64,000 bases of DNA from Planctomycetota bacterium (GCA_947501605.1 CANMWZ010000002.1:229683-293682); one strand, 5' to 3'. Positions 49,250 to 60,066 are shown, counted from the first letter of the stretch. The notes: generated by a model not told the origin, from the letters alone. Numbers and translations are program-made.

Positions 49250-51178
49250 CTAGAGACCGTAGCCCAGCAGCGAACCGATCTGGTAGATCGCCGTCGCCAC
49301 CACCCACGCGAGCACTGTCATGTAGGTAAACGTGAACGCGGGCCACTTCCAAGAATGCGTCTCGCGCCGGATCGCAGCCAGCGTCGAGGCGCACTGACTG
49401 CACAAGGCAAAGAACGCCATCATCGACAGTGCGACCAGAGCGTTCATCGTCGGCTTGCCGTGGGAGTCGGTGGCGTGGCGGAGGGCCTGCGTGAGGCCTG
49501 GATCGGGCGCGTCCGGATCCGCTTCGACATCCCCGAGGCGATGCAACACTGCCAGGGTCGGCAGGATCAACTCGCGCGCCGGGAACGCCGCCAACACACC
49601 GACCGTGTGGCGCCAGTCAAAGCCCATCGGAGCGAACGCCGGCTGGATCGCCTTGCCGATGGTGGCGAGGTAACTCCGTTCGAGGAGATCGGCGCGCTCT
49701 TCGCTGCGCAATCGTTCGCGCTGCGCTTGCTGTTCGGCGCCGTCCGGCACCGCTTCCATTCGGGCAGCGAACGCCGCCGTGAATTCGGCGTCGCGCGGAA
49801 AGTAGCTCAGCGCCCACACCGCGACGGTGGCAATCAGAATCACACTGCCGGCGGAGGCAAGAAACTGCCCCACCGACGAGCGCATCATGCGCCCCATCAC
49901 TCGCAGACTCGGCCGTTGATAGACCGGCATCTCCATCGCCAGCGGCGAACGTCCACCGCGAAGCTTGGTGCGTCGCAGCACCATTGCCACCACCGCAGCG
50001 AACAGTGGGCCGATCAGATACAGACCAAACAGCACGAAGCCCGCAGTGAAGGGCTCGAAGAACGCCGCGAGCAGCACCACATACACTGGCAACCGCGCGG
50101 AGCAGGACATCAGGGGAGCAACAACGATCGTCGCGATGCGATCGCGTTCGTCCGCCAGAATGCGACTGGCAAGGATCCCAGGAATCGCACACGCGAACGA
50201 ACCCGTCAGCGGCACAAAGCTGCGCCCAGTGAGACCGAACTTGCGCAGCAGGCGGTCCAGCAGGAACACCGCGCGCGCCATGTAGCCAGAACTCTCCAGC
50301 AGCGCGACGAGCCCCGTCAGCAGCGCAATCTGGGGAACAAACACGAACACCGACCCGAGCCCGTGGACCAGCCCGTCCACCAAGAAGCTCTGCAGCGCCC
50401 CGTCGGGAACAGCAGCGCGTAGCCACGACGAAAGTCCGTCTTGGCAGGTCTCGACCACGGCCACGAACGGCTCCGCTGCAGTGAACACCAACTGGAACAC
50501 CACCAGCATCACCAGCGACAAGGTCAGTGGCCCGATCGCGGGGTGGAGCAACACGCGATCGATGCGATCGGTCCAGGTGGCAGTTGCCCGGCCCGGCAAC
50601 CGCACATCGGCGGCGAGTTGCACAGAGTCCAACGCGACGCGGAGTTCGGGCGGCGCGGCGGCGGCGGCGGATTCCAAGGCCGTTCGAAGCGGCCCGGAGC
50701 CCTCGCCGGTGAATCCATTCAGCACGACCAGCGGCAACCCAAGCGCCCGCTGCAGTTGGGCCACGTCGATCGGTCGGCCTTCGGCAGCCGCGACATCGAC
50801 CTTGGTCAAGGCGATGACCAGAGGCCGCTGCAGTGCCCGCAGACGTTGCAGCAGACGCAACTCGATCGCGAGTTTGCCGGCATCGAGCACGGCGCAGACG
50901 ACATCGGGTACGGCATCGCCGTGGCCTTGCAGGTAGTCGATCGTGACTTGCTCATCGCGGCTGCTCGCGTGCAGCGAGACAATGCCGGGCAGATCGACGA
51001 TCCGCAGCGTGACGCCACCGCCGCGGGTCAGGCTCTCGGTTCGCTCGACCGAGGTACCGGGGAAGTTGACCGGCCGCTGCGAGCTCCCGGTCAGATGCAT
51101 CAGCAGCGAGGTCTTGCCCGAGTTGGGGCGGCCGACCAGGGCGACGACGACCGCGGGGAGCTTCGTGAGGGCGGTCAC
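49250..51178 (-). CDS. feoB: Ferrous iron transporter B
   Basis: GRPNSGKT, NFPGTSVE, DLPG, TKVD; LESSGYMAR, FACAIPG, PLMSCSARLPVY, MEMPVY, QCAST. Confidence 0.95.
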   Translation of the reverse strand: MTALTKLPAVVVALVGRPNSGKTSLLMHLTGSSQRPVNFPGTSVERTESLTRGGGVTLRIVDLPGIVSLHASSRDEQVTIDYLQGHGDAVPDVVCAVLDAGKLAIELRLLQRLRALQRPLVIALTKVDVAAAEGRPIDVAQLQRALGLPLVVLNGFTGEGSGPLRTALESAAAAAPPELRVALDSVQLAADVRLPGRATATWTDRIDRVLLHPAIGPLTLSLVMLVVFQLVFTAAEPFVAVVETCQDGLSSWLRAAVPDGALQSFLVDGLVHGLGSVFVFVPQIALLTGLVALLESSGYMARAVFLLDRLLRKFGLTGRSFVPLTGSFACAIPGILASRILADERDRIATIVVAPLMSCSARLPVYVVLLAAFFEPFTAGFVLFGLYLIGPLFAAVVAMVLRRTKLRGGRSPLAMEMPVYQRPSLRVMGRMMRSSVGQFLASAGSVILIATVAVWALSYFPRDAEFTAAFAARMEAVPDGAEQQAQRERLRSEERADLLERSYLATIGKAIQPAFAPMGFDWRHTVGVLAAFPARELILPTLAVLHRLGDVEADPDAPDPGLTQALRHATDSHGKPTMNALVALSMMAFFALCSQCASTLAAIRRETHSWKWPAFTFTYMTVLAWVVATAIYQIGSLLGYGL

Positions 51179-51423
51179 GAGACGGAGTCCCCACGGAGCT
51201 TCACGCGGGCGGCCTCGTCGCGCCGCAGCGCCAGACGATAGCCGTGCAGGGCGAAGAGGATCGGATCACCGCCAAGGGCATGCAGCAAGCGCTTCACTTC
51301 GACGCCAGCCCAGAGCCCCTGGTCTTCCAGTCGCTGCGCCAGCACGTCGTCGCCGACGACCATCGCGACGATGCCGCTCTGCCCGGCGCGCATATCAGCG
51401 AGCGAATTCGGCTGGGAAGGCAT
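51175..51423 (-). CDS. feoA: Ferrous iron transport protein A
   Basis: RL..QGL..G, GDP, LALRR.EA; GTGA overlap with feoB. Confidence 0.9.
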   Translation of the reverse strand: MPSQPNSLADMRAGQSGIVAMVVGDDVLAQRLEDQGLWAGVEVKRLLHALGGDPILFALHGYRLALRRDEAARVKLRGDSVS

Positions 51424-51462
51424 CGGTCGCAGGTGCAGTTGGGTGGAAGTCAGGCGCGGCCT

Positions 51463-51483
51463 TGTTGAGACTTCATCTCAACA
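51463..51483. promoter_or_regulatory. Putative Fur-like iron-regulator operator
   Basis: TGTTGAGA-CTTCA-TCTCAACA perfect 8-5-8 palindrome, AT-rich for this genome, 40 nt upstream of feoA. Confidence 0.65.
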
Positions 51484-51731
51484 GGGCAACCATCATGTCC
51501 GCGACTGCGTTCGAGTGCAAGCTCGTGGTTTTGGCAGATCCCCTGGCGACTCCCGCGCCACCGCTGGCACCACCGAAGCGGGAGCTGCGGGCGCCGCCGC
51601 CACATGGGTCCGTTGGCAGCCGCGACCGCGGCCTTGCAGTTTCGTCGCAACCATGGACCGTGAGATCTCGGCGATCGGCCCGCACCTCACCGCAGCGACA
51701 CCTCGCCCAACGATTCACCATGGTCCTCAGA

Positions 51732-52634
51732 ATGCGAGCGCTGCTCGGGATCGTCGGCGCGGCGATGTTCAGCAGCTGCGCCACGACCTCATTGCCATTC
51801 GCGCCGTCGCCGCCGGCAGCGGCCGCCTCGATCCCCGCCGAACCTGTGCGCGAGCCGGCTGGCTATCGGGAGGTGCGAGCCCTCGGCGCGCGAATCGGAC
51901 TGCCCGACGCCGAACTGTTTTGCCCGCAACAGTACGAGGCACCTGCGGACGGTGTCGTCCCGCTCTACCTGCACTTCCAGGGCGGAGCAAAAGCGGCCGC
52001 CGAGAACTTCAGCCGCATGCACTGCCCTGGGGTGTTGATCGCCTCGACACTATCCGGGCGCTCGGGCGCGTTCGCAGCCCCCTATCGCGACCGCGCGGCA
52101 TTCGCAGCCTTGCTGGCCGCGGGCGAACACGAGCTCACGACCCACTGGGGACGCCCGATCCACTTTGGCTCGATCGTCATCACCTTTTGGAGCGCTGGTT
52201 ACGGCGCGGTGCGCGAACTGTTGAAGGACGAGGAATGGCGCGCGCGCATCGTCGGGTTGGTGTCGGCTGACTCGATCTATGCCAGTGTCGTCGCTGCCAG
52301 CGTGCGCGCGCCAAATCTCGACGACATCGACGGGTTCGTCCGGTTCGCCCAGGCAGCGGCCCGCGGCGACAAGGTGCTCGTGCTGGCCTTCGGCCAGTAT
52401 CAGACGGAGTACGCCTCGACCAAGGAGACCGCGACTCTGCTATGCGCGAGTGTGGCAGCGCAATTGCAGCCGAGCTGCACCCACACCGAGCGCGGGCTGC
52501 GCATCGCCAACGAGGCCCATGTCGGCGGCTTCCACTGCTATGAGTTCGGCGAGGCCACGGCGGGCATCCACGTCGACCTCCTCTACTTCGTGCCGGAGAT
52601 GGTGCGCCGCCATCTCCATCGAGCGTCGCGTTGA
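51732..52634 (+). CDS. Hypothetical lipoprotein, alpha/beta-hydrolase-like
   Basis: FSSC lipobox; LYLHFQG, FWSAGYG, ADSIYA, C-terminal His. Confidence 0.6.
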   Translation: MRALLGIVGAAMFSSCATTSLPFAPSPPAAAASIPAEPVREPAGYREVRALGARIGLPDAELFCPQQYEAPADGVVPLYLHFQGGAKAAAENFSRMHCPGVLIASTLSGRSGAFAAPYRDRAAFAALLAAGEHELTTHWGRPIHFGSIVITFWSAGYGAVRELLKDEEWRARIVGLVSADSIYASVVAASVRAPNLDDIDGFVRFAQAAARGDKVLVLAFGQYQTEYASTKETATLLCASVAAQLQPSCTHTERGLRIANEAHVGGFHCYEFGEATAGIHVDLLYFVPEMVRRHLHRASR

Positions 52635-52704
52635 GGCACAGCGGCCTGGAGCGCATCGGTGCGCGCGTTGGCACGACGCCAGCCGCGGCGTAGAGTCCTG
52701 CGCC

Positions 52705-53142
52705 ATGAACCGCCGCAAGGAAAGCCCCGATCACCACGACGCCGAACTCGTCCTCAAGCTCTACGACCTGCGCCGCGAGCCGGTCATGCGCCAGTCGCGC
52801 GACGCGATTGCCAAGTTCTTGCCACGCACGGTCGAAGACGTGCTCGCATTGACCAAGCCGGACCATCCACAGAATGCCGCTTGGCGTCAGGTCACCAGCT
52901 ACTTCGAGATGGCCTTCAGCTTCGCGCGCCACGGCGTCGCCAATCCCGACTTCCTCGCGGAGAACAACGGCGAAGGGCTCTACCTCTACGCCAAAGTGCA
53001 GCCATGGCTGCCGCAACTGCGCGAGATGGTGTCGCCGGTCGCGTTCCAGAACGCCGAGTGGATGGTCGCCAACTCGGACTCGGCAAAGCAGCGTTTCGAG
53101 ATGTTCAAGAAGCGCGTCGCCCAAATGCTCGCCGCGAAGTGA
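52705..53142 (+). CDS. Conserved hypothetical protein (DUF4760-like)
   Basis: DAELVLKLYDLRREPVMR.SR, RQV.SY.EM; strong codon bias. Confidence 0.6.
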   Translation: MNRRKESPDHHDAELVLKLYDLRREPVMRQSRDAIAKFLPRTVEDVLALTKPDHPQNAAWRQVTSYFEMAFSFARHGVANPDFLAENNGEGLYLYAKVQPWLPQLREMVSPVAFQNAEWMVANSDSAKQRFEMFKKRVAQMLAAK

Positions 53143-53179
53143 CCGGCGCGAGCGCAAGGCGTCGCTTGCCGAATAGCGG

Positions 53180-54031
53180 CTACTTCCGATCGCCGCGGGC
53201 GAAGATCGCGTAGTCCTGCTGCGCTCGCCCTTCGGCGATTGCTTTGTCCATGGCCGCTGCGACCCCGGGTAGAACGCACAGGCCTTGTGCCGTGCCCGTC
53301 TGCACCATCAGCCCAACGTCCTTGCGTGCCATTTGCAGTTCGAAGGTCGCCGGCTTGCTGCCGGCGGCCGCGACCGTCTTGCCAAAGTAGGCGAGCGAGG
53401 ATGCTGGGTTCCAGGCCTCGTAGAGGGACAGGACCTCCTCGGTGGATAGCCCCGTGGCCCGCCCCATCGCCAGCAGATCGCCCATCAGCCCCATCAAGCC
53501 AATCAGCAAGCCATTGCCGCTGATCTTGTGGAAGGCGGCCAAGTCGCTCCGTTCGCCGACATAGAGGACCTTGCCGGTCATCTGCTGCAGCGCCGACATC
53601 AATGCATCGCACTCCGCCCGCTCACCCGCGAGCACGATCATGCCGCTGCCTTCGCGGGCATTCTTCGGCGACATGAACACCGGCGCCGACACGTAGCGCA
53701 CGCCCTGCGATCGCAACACCGCAGTGCGCTCGGCGACGCGGGCAGGGAGATTGGTCGAGTGGTCCAGCACCGGCACGGACTTGCCGATCATGCTCTGGCA
53801 CTGCGAGACGACCTGATCGACGGCATCGTCCGAGGTCAGCACCAGATGCACTCGCTCGCAGCCCGCAACGGCGGCGGCAGGATCGTCAGCAGCGACCGCA
53901 CCCTTCTGCACCAGCGCGTCGAGCTTGGCGCGAGTACGGTTCCACACGCGAACCGAATGGCCCTTGCCGAGGAGGTTCTCCACCATGCCGCTGCCGAGCA
54001 GACCGGTACCGAGCACTGCGACGTTCGTCAT
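53180..54031 (-). CDS. NAD(P)-dependent oxidoreductase, 3-hydroxyisobutyrate dehydrogenase family
   Basis: LGTGLLG, VWNRT, APVF, K..GN, F.L.MARKD. Confidence 0.88.
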   Translation of the reverse strand: MTNVAVLGTGLLGSGMVENLLGKGHSVRVWNRTRAKLDALVQKGAVAADDPAAAVAGCERVHLVLTSDDAVDQVVSQCQSMIGKSVPVLDHSTNLPARVAERTAVLRSQGVRYVSAPVFMSPKNAREGSGMIVLAGERAECDALMSALQQMTGKVLYVGERSDLAAFHKISGNGLLIGLMGLMGDLLAMGRATGLSTEEVLSLYEAWNPASSLAYFGKTVAAAGSKPATFELQMARKDVGLMVQTGTAQGLCVLPGVAAAMDKAIAEGRAQQDYAIFARGDRK

Positions 54032-54274
54032 CGTTCACCTCGAATGTTGAGTGAGCACCAGACGCCTTCGAGTCGCCGCGCGCAAGCGTGCAGACCCTGG
54101 CAACCGGTGGAACAACGGCGCCGGCGCCGATCGCCCAGCACAAGGAGCATGATCCAGGCGAGCAAACGGAATCGAGTCGTGGGCTTCGACGACATCCGCG
54201 CCCAGCAGAGATCGGCACGGCTACCGAGCGGAAGAACCGGAGGCGTAGTCAAACGAGTCGGTAGACTCCGGCCC

Positions 54275-54691
54275 ATGCACTCGTCCGACACCAGCGCGCA
54301 GAAGGTGCGCATCCTCCAGTTTGCCATGCTGCTCGGGGCGCTCGTCTTCGCGGCGGTCGTGCTGGTCTTCACCCGCAACGGCGAGATGCCACCGCAAGAC
54401 GTCGGCCCAGTGCTGCCGTGGCTCGGAGCCGGATTGGCGGTGGCGGCGACGATCGCGGCGGTGACTGTGCGCGCCACGTTCCGCAAGCAACTGCAGCAGC
54501 AACCGCACGTCTCGCCTGGCGATCGGGCGGCCCGTCTCGGGATCCTGCCAGCTGCCATCCTCGAATCCGCGATTCTGTTCAACCTCGTCACCTGGATGGT
54601 GACCGGCTCGCAATGGCCCAACGCCGTGGCGGCAACGCTGCCGTTCGCGGTGGCCCTCGCTTTCGCCATAAAGGGACCACCGGCCGACTGA
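54275..54691 (+). CDS. Small 4-TM membrane protein
   Basis: Four hydrophobic segments; AILES motif. Confidence 0.6.
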   Translation: MHSSDTSAQKVRILQFAMLLGALVFAAVVLVFTRNGEMPPQDVGPVLPWLGAGLAVAATIAAVTVRATFRKQLQQQPHVSPGDRAARLGILPAAILESAILFNLVTWMVTGSQWPNAVAATLPFAVALAFAIKGPPAD

Positions 54692-54745
54692 CCGCGCAAC
54701 GTTTGCCTTGGCAGCGGCAGAGCGATCCGCGAAAAGGATCGCACC

Positions 54746-56836
54746 ATGCCTGCCCCGACTCCCGTCTCTGTGACCGTTCGCACTGCCGGCACCGAGTGCA
54801 CGTTCGAGACCGGCCGCATCGCGCGCCAAGCGACCGCGGCGGTCGTCGGTCGCTGCGGCGACAACGTCGTGCTGGCGACCCTGGTCGCGGCGAAGGAGCC
54901 CAAGCCGGGCCAGTCGTTCTTCCCGCTGACCGTCGAGTACCGCGAGAAGTTCTCTGCTGTCGGCCGCATCCCGGGCAACTTCTTTCGCCGCGAAGGCAAG
55001 ATCAGCGACCACGAAGTGCTCGTCAGTCGCCTGATCGATCGCACCATCCGTTCGCTGTTCCCCGAGGACTACCGCTGCGAAGTGCAGCTGCAGGTGCAAG
55101 TGCTGTCGGCCGAACCGAGCAGCGACGTCGAAAGCCTCGCGCTGCTCACGGCAGCGTGTGCGCTGCACATCAGTCCGATCCCGGCCAAGGGACCGGCCGC
55201 CGGCCTTCGCGTCGCGCGCGTTCGCGGTCAGCTTGTCACCTTCGCGAGTGCCGCGCAGCGCGAGCTCGCCGACTTGCAGTTGTCGGTTGGCACCGGACCT
55301 GAGGGCCCAGTGATGCTCGAAGGCGAGGCGAAGCAGGTCCCCGAGGCCGAATGCACTGCGGCAATGGCGTACGCGCTCGAGGCCTGCACCAAGTTCCAAA
55401 CCGCGTTTGAAGAACTGCGCAGCAAGGCTGGAGCGCCGAAGACGGCGGTCCCGAGGCCAAAGGAGCTGCCGCCGCTTCCCGAAGCCACGCTCAAGGCAAT
55501 GCGCGCCGCGTTGCGCACCATCGAGAAGGCAGCGCGGCGCGAAGCCATCAACGCTGCCAAGACCGCGTGGCTGAACGAACTCGCTGTCGAACTGCACGCC
55601 GACGCGAGTGCTGCGTTCGAACTCGCCAACTGGACCGAGCTGCGGGATCTCGTCCTCACCGAACGCGTGCGTGTCGACGGCCGCACGCCGACTGACATCC
55701 GCCCGATCTGGAGCGAAGTCGGCTTCCTACCGCGCGCCCACGGCTCGGCGGTGTTCACGCGCGGCGAGACCCAGGCGATCGTGAGCTGCACGCTCGGTTC
55801 GACCGAAGATGGCCAGCGCAAGGACGGCATCGACGGCGACGGCGAGCTCGAGCGTTTCTTGCTGCATTACAACTTTCCGCCGTACTCGGTCGGCGAGATC
55901 CGCCCGCTGCGCGGACCAGGTCGCCGCGAGATCGGCCATGGTTCCCTCGCGCGCCGTGGACTCCTGCCGGTGTTGCCGAAGTTCGAGACCTTCCCCTACA
56001 CGCTGCGCATCGAGGCCGAGATCACGGAGAGCAACGGCAGTTCGTCGATGGCCACCGTATGCGGCGGCGCCATGGCCATGCTCGCAGCCGGCGTCCCGCT
56101 GAGCGACATGGTTGCCGGCATCGCCATGGGGATGATCTCCGACGGCAAGCGCCACGTGGTCCTCAGCGACATCCTCGGGGACGAAGACCACCTCGGCGAC
56201 ATGGACTTCAAGGTCATCGGCACCGAGAAGGGCGTGACGGCCATCCAACTCGACAACAAGATCGGCGGCCTCACTCTGGAGCTCCTCGCGAGCGCGCTCG
56301 AACAAGCCAAGGCTGGCCGAGTGCACATCCTGCACGAGATGCAGAAGACGATTGCGGAGCCGCAAGAACCGTCGCGGTTCGTCCCGCGAGCACTGCGCAC
56401 GGCGATCATGCCCGACGCCATCGGCGCCCTGATTGGCGCACGCGGCGCCAACATCAAGGGCATCACCGAACAGACCGGCGCCAAGGTGTCGGTCGACGAT
56501 CGCGGCGCCGTGCTGGTCTACGCCACCGACGGCCATGCAGCCCGCAAGGCGATGCAACTGGTACATCGCGCCGCCGGGGTGCTCAAGAAGGGACGCTGCT
56601 ACCGCGGCACCGTGACCACCGTGAAGGACTTCGGCGCGTTCGTGCGCGTCAACGCCGTCAATGAAGGGCTGGTGCCGATCGAGGAACTCGACGACAAGCC
56701 GATCCGCCATCCCTCCGAGGTGGCGCGCGAAGGCGAAGAGATGGTCGTCTGCGTGCTGGGCGCCGATGACCGCGGTCGGCTGCGCCTGTCGCGGCGCGCG
56801 GCCAAGGGGGTCGGGGACTCGCAAATCGAGTTCTGA
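54746..56836 (+). CDS. pnp: Polyribonucleotide nucleotidyltransferase (PNPase)
   Basis: ETG.IARQA, FFPLTVEYRE, FFRREG, SRLIDR, RGETQ, HYNFPP, SNGSSSMA, EDHLGDMDFKV, KH (IGARG) and S1 domains. Confidence 0.93.
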   Translation: MPAPTPVSVTVRTAGTECTFETGRIARQATAAVVGRCGDNVVLATLVAAKEPKPGQSFFPLTVEYREKFSAVGRIPGNFFRREGKISDHEVLVSRLIDRTIRSLFPEDYRCEVQLQVQVLSAEPSSDVESLALLTAACALHISPIPAKGPAAGLRVARVRGQLVTFASAAQRELADLQLSVGTGPEGPVMLEGEAKQVPEAECTAAMAYALEACTKFQTAFEELRSKAGAPKTAVPRPKELPPLPEATLKAMRAALRTIEKAARREAINAAKTAWLNELAVELHADASAAFELANWTELRDLVLTERVRVDGRTPTDIRPIWSEVGFLPRAHGSAVFTRGETQAIVSCTLGSTEDGQRKDGIDGDGELERFLLHYNFPPYSVGEIRPLRGPGRREIGHGSLARRGLLPVLPKFETFPYTLRIEAEITESNGSSSMATVCGGAMAMLAAGVPLSDMVAGIAMGMISDGKRHVVLSDILGDEDHLGDMDFKVIGTEKGVTAIQLDNKIGGLTLELLASALEQAKAGRVHILHEMQKTIAEPQEPSRFVPRALRTAIMPDAIGALIGARGANIKGITEQTGAKVSVDDRGAVLVYATDGHAARKAMQLVHRAAGVLKKGRCYRGTVTTVKDFGAFVRVNAVNEGLVPIEELDDKPIRHPSEVAREGEEMVVCVLGADDRGRLRLSRRAAKGVGDSQIEF

Positions 56837-57203
56837 TCCTCGCCCCTGACCAAGACGCCGCGAGAACGTCTCGGAACGGAGCAAGAGCAACCCGCGCGCT
56901 GATGCGGCGGCTTCGCGATCGCAGCACAGCCATGCCACGGCGCCGACCGTGGTCGCTGTCTGCTAGCACGGGCCGAGCAGCCGAACCAACGCTAAAAGCA
57001 GAGGGCGCAGCCGCCGTCGCCGAATGCCGACCGAGCCCTGGTCGAGGCGACAGAACCTCTGCGGCATCGCTGCCGCGCCCAGGCTCTGTTTCCATCGCGA
57101 CACCTACCGCTCGGACCAGGAAACCGGAGCGAATCGACCGAGCATCATCCTGCGGGCGCGACTTCGCGACCGGAGACTAGGGAACGACCGCCACTACACT
57201 CCG

Positions 57204-59981
57204 ATGCCACGTTCACCGCTGTTCCTGGTTGGCCTCGTGTTGTTCGCTGCCGCCGCGGCGATGCTGGCGTTGCACAACACACCACCGCCACCGCAAGTGC
57301 GGCCGCGCTCCGAGACCGTACGCACCGATCCGGGAAACCGCGGTGGCCTCGACCCAGCCGTAGCCCCCATCAGCGCGCCGCCGTCGGCGTTGCCGGGCAG
57401 CGGCCACGGCACTTCCGAAGGAAGCGTGGACTCCGTTGCGGCGATCGACACCGGACCGCCGTCGCTGCAGCGCATCGTCGCCGCCCGCTGTATCCGCTCG
57501 GGCCAACCGGTCGCGGCCATGGAGTTCGTCTTGGTGCCGAAATCAGGCAAGGGCCGTTGGCAGAGCGTGCGCACGGATGAGAACGGGAGTTTCCGCCGCG
57601 CCTTGCCGACCGAAGGCGAGTGGGAACTCCGCGCCATCGGCGACGACCTCTCGGTGCATCAACGCACCTGGACGCTGCAGATCCAGAACGGCCGTCCGCT
57701 CGAACTCGGCGACATCGAGCTTCGACCTCGCGTCCGCATTGCCGGGCGGGCCATCGATGCCAACGGTGCGCCACTCGCGGACGCCCGCGTCACGACCTTC
57801 ATCACCGACGATCGCACGGCGCCGAGAGTGTGCACGACCACTGGCAACGGCGAGTTCGTGTTGGAGGATGTCCCCTCGGGCCAACTGCGACTCGAAGCCA
57901 GCCGCGGCTCGTTGCAGGCGCGCATTCGCCTCGACATCGACGACCACGCGAACACCGTCCCGCTGGCGCTCACGCTGCGATCGCGCGCGATCGCTCGCTG
58001 GACGCTGCGAGATGACGATGGGCGTGCCGTTGCGGGTGCCGTGGTCGAAGATGCCGATCCGGCCAGGACCGCGATCGAGCCGACCGGGACGTCGGACGAA
58101 CTCGGCGTGGTCGAAATCGAATCCTCGCTCGGCGCGCGGCTCTGCGTGCGTCGCGACGGCTGGCTGCCCTTGGTCCTCGCCGTCGACGGCATCGACATCG
58201 AACGCAAGGTCGTCCTCCGCCGTTTGCGCGAGGTGAACGGAACGCTCGGCGAGACCGGCGCGGGCGCGCAGATCCACGTCGGCACCGTCGCCGGCCAAGG
58301 GGCGCCCCACGCACTCGTGCGCGGAGCGCTCGAACGCGTCATCACGGCGAGGGACGACGGCACCTTCGCGATTCAGGGCCTCGTTGCTGGCCGCTACACG
58401 GTTCGGGCAACGACCAAGAGCGGCGCCACCGTGCTGCGCGAGTTCTCGTTGCCTGAGGATACGTTGCTCTCGCTCCAACCCGTCCCTGGTCGCGTGCGCA
58501 CCATCGACATTCGTGACGAGCGCGGCGAGGCGGTACCGTTCGCGAGCGCCATGGTCCGGCGCGACGTCGTGCCAACGGGCGACGCGACCGCCGCGGCACG
58601 GGCACTGCTGGCCTTGCCCTTCGACGGTCCGATCTGGCGCGCCGACTACCGCGGTCGCATCGACTGTGCCGTGAGCGATGAGGCGATGGGCATCGTCGTC
58701 ACCATGAAAGGCCACTTGCCGGTCGCCGCAGCCTTGGCCGGCGAGCCGGACGCACCCGTCGTCATCGCGATCCCGCGGGCAACTGTGCTCGACGGGCAAC
58801 TCACCGAGGTGAGCAGCGATCGGCCCCACGACCTCCGCGTCGTCGCGTGGTTGCACGGCGACGACGCGCGCACCGCCATCGAGTTGCCGCTGGACGAGAG
58901 TCTCGCGTTTCGCAGCGAAGATCTGCGACCCGGTCGCTGGAACGTCGCGGTGGTCCGTCGCGACCGCACGGTGCGCGGGCCGATGAACGGGGCAACGACG
59001 AACGACCTGCCCTTGCTCGGCGACGGCCTCGACACGCGAACGACGACGACCGTCGACGCACGCGGCGGCGCCCACAGCCAACTGCTGCTGCCGGTCCCGG
59101 AACTTGGTCGCATCGACGGCGAGGTTCGCCAAGGCGGCCGTCCGGTCGCCGGGGTCACGGTGTTTGCGACCGTCGTCGGCGCCCCGCTGCCGAGCGCCCT
59201 GGAGTCGAGTCCACTCGGTTACGACGATGTCACCGCGGCGCGTGCGTTCCCCCGCACGACTACCGATGCGAACGGCCGCTTCACGATGCTGGTTGCACGC
59301 CCGGGCCAGTTCGTGCTGCGCGCCCGGGCCGAGGGGCAGCCCTTCACGAGCCCGCCCGTCGAAGTGAGGCTGGCCTCCTACGGCGATCAGCAGCGACCGA
59401 CGATCGAGCTGCCGAGGGCGCTCGTCCGCGGCACCTTCGCGATGACGCCCGAGCCGGGCAGCGCCGGCGTGCGCGCCTACTTGCTGCCGCTTGCCGACGC
59501 CGCCCGCAACCCATTCGCAGCCGATGCCCGAGGCCAAGCCGACGCTGAGGCTCGACTGGCGCTCGCCATCGCTGCCGACGGGGCCTTCCTGTTCCAGGCA
59601 GTGCCGCGCGGCGACTATGTGATTCGCTTCGTCCGCGGAATGACCCAGATCGTGCGGCAACGCTTCGTCCGGGTCGCGGACGGCCCCGTCGACCTCGAGA
59701 CCCTGACGCCCGCGCCGATCGCGCCGTCGGTACGCATTCCCCTGGGACAGGCGCTCGCGCATCGAGTGACGGCGCACCTGCTGCAGGAGTTGGTGGACGC
59801 CCCGAACGGCGCTTTCTGTGCCAGCATCGACGTCGTCTCCGACCTCGAATTGAGCGGTCTGGCTCCGGGCCGGTACCGCGTCGTGTTCCTGAATGGCCTC
59901 GCCCCGCTCGGCGTCGCCCAGACCCTCGAGTTGCACGGCAACGGCACGGCAGTCCCCGGCGTACTCGTGATCGCACCGTGA
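57204..59981 (+). CDS. Membrane-anchored protein with multiple carboxypeptidase-regulatory-like (prealbumin-like) repeats
   Basis: N-terminal TM; repeated G.P.A.A.V / TD..G.F...G.Y.V.A motifs. Confidence 0.7.
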   Translation: MPRSPLFLVGLVLFAAAAAMLALHNTPPPPQVRPRSETVRTDPGNRGGLDPAVAPISAPPSALPGSGHGTSEGSVDSVAAIDTGPPSLQRIVAARCIRSGQPVAAMEFVLVPKSGKGRWQSVRTDENGSFRRALPTEGEWELRAIGDDLSVHQRTWTLQIQNGRPLELGDIELRPRVRIAGRAIDANGAPLADARVTTFITDDRTAPRVCTTTGNGEFVLEDVPSGQLRLEASRGSLQARIRLDIDDHANTVPLALTLRSRAIARWTLRDDDGRAVAGAVVEDADPARTAIEPTGTSDELGVVEIESSLGARLCVRRDGWLPLVLAVDGIDIERKVVLRRLREVNGTLGETGAGAQIHVGTVAGQGAPHALVRGALERVITARDDGTFAIQGLVAGRYTVRATTKSGATVLREFSLPEDTLLSLQPVPGRVRTIDIRDERGEAVPFASAMVRRDVVPTGDATAAARALLALPFDGPIWRADYRGRIDCAVSDEAMGIVVTMKGHLPVAAALAGEPDAPVVIAIPRATVLDGQLTEVSSDRPHDLRVVAWLHGDDARTAIELPLDESLAFRSEDLRPGRWNVAVVRRDRTVRGPMNGATTNDLPLLGDGLDTRTTTTVDARGGAHSQLLLPVPELGRIDGEVRQGGRPVAGVTVFATVVGAPLPSALESSPLGYDDVTAARAFPRTTTDANGRFTMLVARPGQFVLRARAEGQPFTSPPVEVRLASYGDQQRPTIELPRALVRGTFAMTPEPGSAGVRAYLLPLADAARNPFAADARGQADAEARLALAIAADGAFLFQAVPRGDYVIRFVRGMTQIVRQRFVRVADGPVDLETLTPAPIAPSVRIPLGQALAHRVTAHLLQELVDAPNGAFCASIDVVSDLELSGLAPGRYRVVFLNGLAPLGVAQTLELHGNGTAVPGVLVIAP

Positions 59982-60066
59982 TGCCAGCGGCCGCGCGATC
60001 GCGCTCGTCGGCGGCATTCGGCAACGCGCGCTTGCTCCCGCGGCGATCGCGTGGCAAAGAACGCCC

